Assembly: GCA_964016885.1 (NCBI GenBank)
Contig: OZ024740.1
Location: 88,660,001 to 88,724,000, forward strand
Source: Eledone cirrhosa
Taxonomy: Eukaryota
Length of the DNA: 64,000 nt
Reading direction: 5' to 3'
Shown: one piece after another, positions 57,340 to 64,000 of the stretch
Layout: every line of letters begins with the position of its first letter
Position numbering within the stretch: position 1 is the first letter of the stretch
Notes under the pieces: generated by a model
What the model was told of the DNA's origin: nothing
Databases searched by the model: none
The model's input: the letters and a program-made list of their open reading frames with translations, nothing else
Position numbers and translations under genes: made by a program

Positions 57340-57495
57340 TTACCCAGTGCATTACTGGTACTTTATTCTATGGACCCCGTAAGGATGAAAGGCAAAGTTA
57401 ACCTCGGCGGAATTTGAACTCAGAATGGCAAGGGCAATAACTCTATGCGTCAAAGCATGGCGTCAGACACTCTACAGATACTGCCAATCCACCTT
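57340..57495 (-). mobile_element. tRNA-derived SINE, same family as 33467
   Basis: Reverse complement contains gagttcaaattcc and actttgcctttcatccttacggggtc. Confidence 0.75.
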
Positions 57496-58179
57496 ATATA
57501 TAATAAACATACATAAGCGGTGCTATGAATGTTTTAAGCCCTGACCATGTCACAGCTATCTCAGTAGCCCAGTGTAACCTTAGTAGCATAACAAGCGTTT
57601 ACAGAATTTTACATTTATATCATTAAACATAAATAAAACAGTAAGCACACATTAACATGAATAAGTAGAAGCAATGCGTTAACAACACTAGAGAGACAAC
57701 ATATTAACAATAAGAATAAAGAAAATGTTAACAAAGCTAAACATAAACTCTGCATTAAGACCTCAAACACACAAAAAAACACTTCATCAAGAAATAATAA
57801 AACATTAGAATTACTAAAACTTAAAAATGATTACCCAATGAACTATATATAGAATATAAAACTCATTTATAAACATATCAAACTCCAAGAGGGACATCGC
57901 ATATGGTTTGTTAACCGGTTAGATAATCCTACTCGGAGAAGCTCAGACTGTATTCAAATGAGAAACGTCAGTAGATATTTTGTTCGCTACAGTTTATTCT
58001 TGTTTCTGTCTCGAGTGAGTAAACGACATCGATGTCGGATAAAACTCCCCAAAGTTGTTTGGCGTTCTCGTATAGCTACTAACATTAGGCTGAAACATTC
58101 ATATCAAGGCTTATATATATATAGTACATATAAACATCTCGTATATACCTTCATGTATATAACATATATACCTTCATAT

Positions 58180-58332
58180 TCAAAGAGGCAGCGAACCGAC
58201 AGAGTTGTCAGAGCGTCGAATATAATGTTTTGCAGTATTCATTTCGACTCTTTGCTCAGATCAAATCCCGCCGTGCATTACCTCCATTCCACGTCAATAC
58301 AAAACGTACCAATCAAGTACCGGGGTCGATTC
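58180..58332 (+). mobile_element. Decayed SINE of the same family
   Basis: agatcaaatcccgccg ... gtaccaatcaagtaccggggtcgatt. Confidence 0.5.
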
Positions 58333-58528
58333 TTCTCCTATATCTCTTTCTCAATTCCATTCTCTTAATTTCTATCCTTCACTGGAAGAAATCCTCTATA
58401 TTCAAACCTGGAGAGGGATGGACTCCGTTGGTTTTAGAAAATGCGCTAGAAACGTCGTATGTCTTTACGGGGCCCCAACGCGCTTGCGCATGATGCATAC
58501 ACACACACACACACACATACACACACAC

Positions 58529-58584
<56 letters not shown>

Positions 58585-59280
58585 CATATATATTTGTTAA
58601 TATACTATCGGAGCTTCGAATGAATAGAAATTCTTTGAAAATATAGCAAAATTTCAACTCTGAACACTGTTTGAATGTTATGGATAAATATCGGGTAAAA
58701 TACTAGGCTGAGGAAAAAAAAAGTGCCGAGCAGTTGCCGCTACAGAGAATCGAATTCTGTAACTTTCGTATTCTTGCTGAGCGCACTGTACCCTGTGCCT
58801 AACAACTGCTGATGACAATTAACTTGTAAATATATGGTAAATTAGTATCTTTAAATGTAACGCCATTTGTAAAAACCATCGGATCGTCGAACGGATTGAA
58901 ATTTTCGGTAAATGTAGAAAATCTCGAACGCAGAAAATAACTGTGAGGACAGTTGATTGTTATAAATATTAGATTAGAAAAAATCGGGTAAAATACTCCT
59001 GTAGACGAAAAGAAGTAGCTAGTAGACGCGACAGATTATGAAATTCTGTGGTTGTTTTTTTTAATAATGGGACAGATGGCATACCTGGAATTTAAGAGGT
59101 TCAGTATTCGAGTCTCTACAGCGATTGCTGGCCACATCTCCCTTCTATACTAAGCTATTATATATAAAAATCAACTGTGTTAACAGTTATTCACTTTGTT
59201 CGAAATTGTTTATAATTTCTAAGAATATATATGAATATAAATATATTCTTAGAAATATACATATATACACATATATAATA

Positions 59281-59595
59281 ATAATAATACAAGGACGATT
59301 TGTTAATTCTTCATTACGTCTATTTGATTGGTGACGCGCGTTTCGCTATTGATCAGCTCAAGGTTCTATCTGTATCGATCTGGCCCGACTCTGAAATCAA
59401 AAGCTCATCGGACCTCTGCTGTTGTAATGACAGAATGACAGAATGTCATTACAACAATAGAAGTCCGACGAGCTTTTGAATTCAGAGTCGGGCCAGATCG
59501 ATACAGATCGAACCTTGAGCTGATCAATAGCGAAACGCGCGTCACCAATCAGTAAACGTAATGAAGGGTTAACAAATCGACGTCGTATTATTATT
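59281..59595. repeat. Hairpin (about 150 bp arms, 11 nt spacer), each arm carrying a long-stem-II hammerhead
   Basis: HHRs at 59330-59414 (-, CCGATGA) and 59462-59546 (+, CCGACGA), both ending GAAA-cgcgcg-TC-acc. Confidence 0.92.
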
Positions 59596-59700
59596 ATATT
59601 ACACTCTGTTTAGCTCTACACCTCGCCACTGACATGAACCTAAACATCGAGTGACCACCTCCAGGGTGAGGCAACAGTAACTTCACGTTACACTCCCTGG

Positions 59701-59737
<37 letters not shown>

Positions 59738-60721
59738 CATGTATGTATGTATGTATGTATGTATGTATGTATGTATGTATGTATGTATGTATGTATGTAT
59801 GTGTATGTGTATGTGTGTGTGTGTATACACACGGAGATAAACCAATCAAGCAAGAAAGAAATATATAAATGAATCGTTATTAAATTCGTGTATAGTTGAA
59901 GCTGTTCATGACAGATAACTCATATAGTAGCTTCAAGGAAATATTGAAGTTTTCTGCAATGGCTTTCATTTCGATTTACATTTACTTCACCTACCGGAAT
60001 TAAGTAGAAGCTATATAGATATAAAACAATCATTTCCCACTCGTTCAATTCTTTTTCTAGAAGGCGTTATGTTTTGAAGATTGTCCCCATAATCATTAAT
60101 ATCCATACTATCGCTATTATCATCTGCATTAACAAAATAAACATCAGCATCAACTATTTCCTCTTTCTACATTGGTGTTGTCATGCATCTGTCACTTCCC
60201 AGAGTGCTGACTAAAATAAAGATTTATAATAGTTATCAATGTATCAAGTATCCTCATGTCACGCCTCCGATATAGATTTGTAAATTTGTCGTCGCAGTCG
60301 ATATCATAATGAGTAGCATCGGAACAAATAGAGCAATACCAGCTCCCTAACAATACTATAAATCTCAGTCTTAGGACTGGTACGTTATTTTATCAACCCT
60401 GATGTCATATATATGTTATATTAATATACATTCATTTTATATCTCGTCACTTACTCCACTGGGCAGCGTTCGGCTTATATCAGACGCTGTGGCCCGGGTC
60501 GAACAGCTGTACCGTTGGTTGGGGCGAAACTACCTAAGTCCATCTCTACGACCGACGAACCTGGAGTTTTATGTACTTATTTGAAAAAAACAATTTTTTT
60601 AGGTTTCCCCTTAAAAAAAATGATTTTCGTCTTGCCGTGTCCTGCTTTCTTTGTCTTGTCTTCTCTCTCCCTCCCAGATACATCCCATATGTGAAAACAA
60701 TAGGTTCATTCTTCCTTTGTA

Positions 60722-60760
<39 letters not shown>

Positions 60761-62645
60761 AGGTGAAGTTGGAAATAGCACAGAAAATATATTTTAGTGT
60801 CTGTTTTTCTTTTTTTTTCTTTTCTTTGATTCGTCAAAGTGACATTATTGAAAAGATGACGTTATTGAAAAAATCAGAGGGACAATTCTTTTAAAAAAGA
60901 GATTTATAATGTATATTAAGTATATAAAGTATTACTGTTTTCGATGTATTATTAAAATTCATCGTATCAAATGTTGAGTATCACAATTAAAAAGAATTAA
61001 TAAGAATTAAAAACTAAAAAATTAAAGATTTAAGATTAAGTGTTGGAGTAAGTTTTTTCCCATCTTCCTTCCTCAGAAGAATAAGCTTATTGTTTTGAGA
61101 TATGGGATGCATCTGGTTGGTCCCACAGAATACATTTATATATATATATGCACTCAAATTCATTTCAAACCAACGAGAAATGTTTCATATCTCAAGACAA
61201 TATGTTCATTCTTGACTTTCAATATGTTCCCGGCTCGTGTCGAAAACTCCTATCTGAATTCTTACATTTCTGTCACGTTTTACAGCACTTCATAACCCTT
61301 TGCTTCTATTGGCATCATTTATAAACACGCATAGGCAAACTACCTGGTGTCAATAAATGTCGAAAGCTCTGGATGTTGAATCTTGAGTTAGCCATGAAAA
61401 TCACCTAAATGGCCAAACCATTCACAGCAAAAAACGGCTTTCAACTTCCACTCAGACATATGTTTAAATATAAGCTTGGATATACCTTGTTCTTAGAAAT
61501 CTATTCGAAAAGCCCACCGGAAAACATCCCTGAAATTTCTACATCTACGGCGAATGCTAAATACTCGTTCCACAAATTTTGGATTCATCCGTTCTTTTGA
61601 TAGTAGTTTATCTCAGAGTGTTATTGAGAACCCTCCTCATTAAGCTAATTTGGATGTCTTTGAGAACCGAGTATGCAGCAGGTTACATTAAATTGCATGT
61701 TATCAGTAACACTCTTGAGCGAGTTGGCACGCACTCACCACTCACTTCCTCACACACACACATACAAATATATACGTATATATATGTATGGTTAATTATT
61801 CATTTACATATATAGCGAGACGAACTTGATATTCTTGAAGTTAAATTAATAGAAGTAAATTGAGTCGAAGTGGTTTTCTCACATTATTAATGTTCTCTTC
61901 ATAAACAATATTGTTTTAAGGTGCTTAAAATCACCTCATTAAGTTAAAGAATAGATATCAATTCAGAGTCACCATTTGCATTATATGCAACAGTTAAGTT
62001 TGTGATGATATATATTTATTCACTAAATCATACATTATTAAAAAAGTTATTTCTAGTTAGATTTTCATTGTATTAAGTATGTTAACATTGCATGCTTTTA
62101 ACTGTGCCGAGTCTGTTAAATGCAAACATTCAGTCTTGGAATTTGGTTTGAGGATACTGTCCTTTCGTCCTCTATCAATCTTGTGTCTTTGACATGGGTC
62201 ATTGACATTGCTTTTCACGCCTTAACTAACAGTATTAAAGTTCTTGGTTTATACGTAAGGCTGGTATTTCATTAAAATATTGACACATGTGCCCACGCAT
62301 ACATGTGCACGCTCACCTCCACACAACCAAAATCCACTAAATCTAATGCTTATAGACGGGTGTAGGCATAGAGGTTCGGTTAGAATATTCACTTTACGTT
62401 CTGATGATTTATATATTGATCGAACTGTTCTGCAATTAATGTTGATGATGTCTAATCTAGCTTTGAGTATACCATAGAACTCGAGTTTACTTGGATATTT
62501 ACAGAAGCTGTACGGGTGGATTGTACCAGATTAATCATGGTTTCGTCTCCAATTGACACTACCCCACTAGAGGAATTCTTTCAGCCTTTGACTAATCCAT
62601 AATCCATTCACACACAAAACGAAAGCTGAAATAAACTCATACGTA

Positions 62646-62966
62646 CAGAGATCAATTCACAAAACTTAATTAATCATTTGAATATTAAGGAAATATGTCA
62701 TAAAAATACACACTCACAAAGAGTGACTACTTTGATGCTCGACTTGCTAGACGTAGCAGTCAAATCTCTTCTGAACAACACGATATCATTTAAGAAAAGT
62801 CGAACACATGCGTGCACAGATCAATTCACAAAAGTTAATTACTCATTTGAATGTTTAGGAAATATGCCATAAATTATGATATGCACACATATACACACGT
62901 GAACAACAAATAGTGACTTCTTTGTTGCTCGTCTTACTAGGAGTAGCAGTCAAATATCTTCTGAAT
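62646..62966. repeat. Diverged tandem duplication of about 170-190 bp
   Basis: gatcaattcacaaaa..taatt and gtagcagtcaaat..cttctgaa each occur twice. Confidence 0.75.
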
Positions 62967-63766
62967 TACACCACATCATTTAATAAAAGCAGAACACATA
63001 CGATAACATTTGTCTTGGATCTAGTATGACAGAAAAATACCTGATAGTTCCTACTACAGTATTTTTGATTATAGATTTCTCGGATCAGGTTTTGCATGAT
63101 GTGAGTATACAGCAATTTACGTTGGCCACAATGGGCAGATTTTAGTAGAATTAATATATCTGAAGGTGTCGACAGTAACACGGTATTAATTTCTAACACA
63201 AACATTTACCTCAGTAGTTATTGAGAGAACAGTCGATTACATATATCTTATAGACCTGTCAAATCTCCCCGACGGACGGGTAGATTTTCCACCCACTTTG
63301 GGTTTGGTGAGAGATGTCTTCTCTTCTAAAAATGGATATAGCTTTCATTATGTAAAATCTACACATTTTGATCATTTCTCCCCATTTTGGGGCATTTTTT
63401 TTTCATGACACTCCCCATTTGGGGTTTTAGAGGTTGGCATGGTCTGATCTTATAAATTCGCTGGTATATTGTTTTCTTCATGACTGTGGATTGTTTGGAT
63501 TGTCATTCAAACCAGAAAGAAACGAAATAAATACACAGTATTTTCCCCACACTCTAATAACATTGCTAATGTTCTGCAATTTACATTGAAATAATCATTG
63601 CAAAAAGCATATATGACGAGCTTGAAGTAGCGAACGAATTTCCACCTAATAATTCTTTTCTATTTTTTCTTTCTTAATCTCTAACTATTCATGGATTCGT
63701 GGGGCCAAAGTCCGTATGGTGCTGTTTGTGCATTTATTTATATACACATTTATTTATATACACATA

Positions 63767-64000
63767 CGTTGGTATGCCCATACCCACTCCTTCAGAAGAC
63801 CGGACAAATCAAACCAGACAGCACTCGCCTCCTATGTTTGGGACCTCAAAAAGAACTCTACCCCCTTCACGCTTGAATGGAAAATACTCCAGAAAGCGCG
63901 CTCTTACAACGGAGGACACAAGGGCTACGACCTTTGTATCTCAGAGAGCTATGACATTTTATTCGTCAAGGGGAAGCTATTGAACAAACTCTCTGAACAC
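63767..64000 (+). mobile_element. PLE GIY-YIG fragment, close relative of 16252-16480, running off the window
   Basis: cgttggtatgcccatac..ccttcagaagaccggacaaatcaaaccagaca is shared with the 16.3 kb copy. Confidence 0.88.

Noticed and set aside
63251-63446. Possible MITE with agacctgtcaa / ttggcatggtct ends
   Set aside because: The TIR match is short and imperfect, and no target-site duplication is evident.

Overview
AT-rich, microsatellite-saturated eukaryotic DNA. The SINE types, (TA)n density and retroelement mix suggest an invertebrate, most likely an octopod cephalopod (inference). No host protein-coding gene is recognisable, and most listed ORFs are translated microsatellites. The coding relics all come from retroelements: Penelope-like elements (PLE; RT + GIY-YIG, one nearly intact at 49.5-52.6 kb), R4/Dong-type RLE LINEs with (TAA)n tails, and Tx1/L1-clade LINEs. 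tRNA-derived SINEs and small MITEs are also present. The main unannotated signal, found by folding by eye, is about 20 type I hammerhead ribozyme (HHR) motifs from at least 10 unrelated repeat families. They sit in PLE pseudo-LTRs, in ORF-less 290-700 bp partial tandems (retrozyme-like) and in long inverted repeats. Several families carry recurring non-canonical cores: a compensatory U3-A8 pair, U4A, U4C, a mismatched base of stem II and long stem II inserts. No ribozyme activity has been tested. Element boundaries are approximate.
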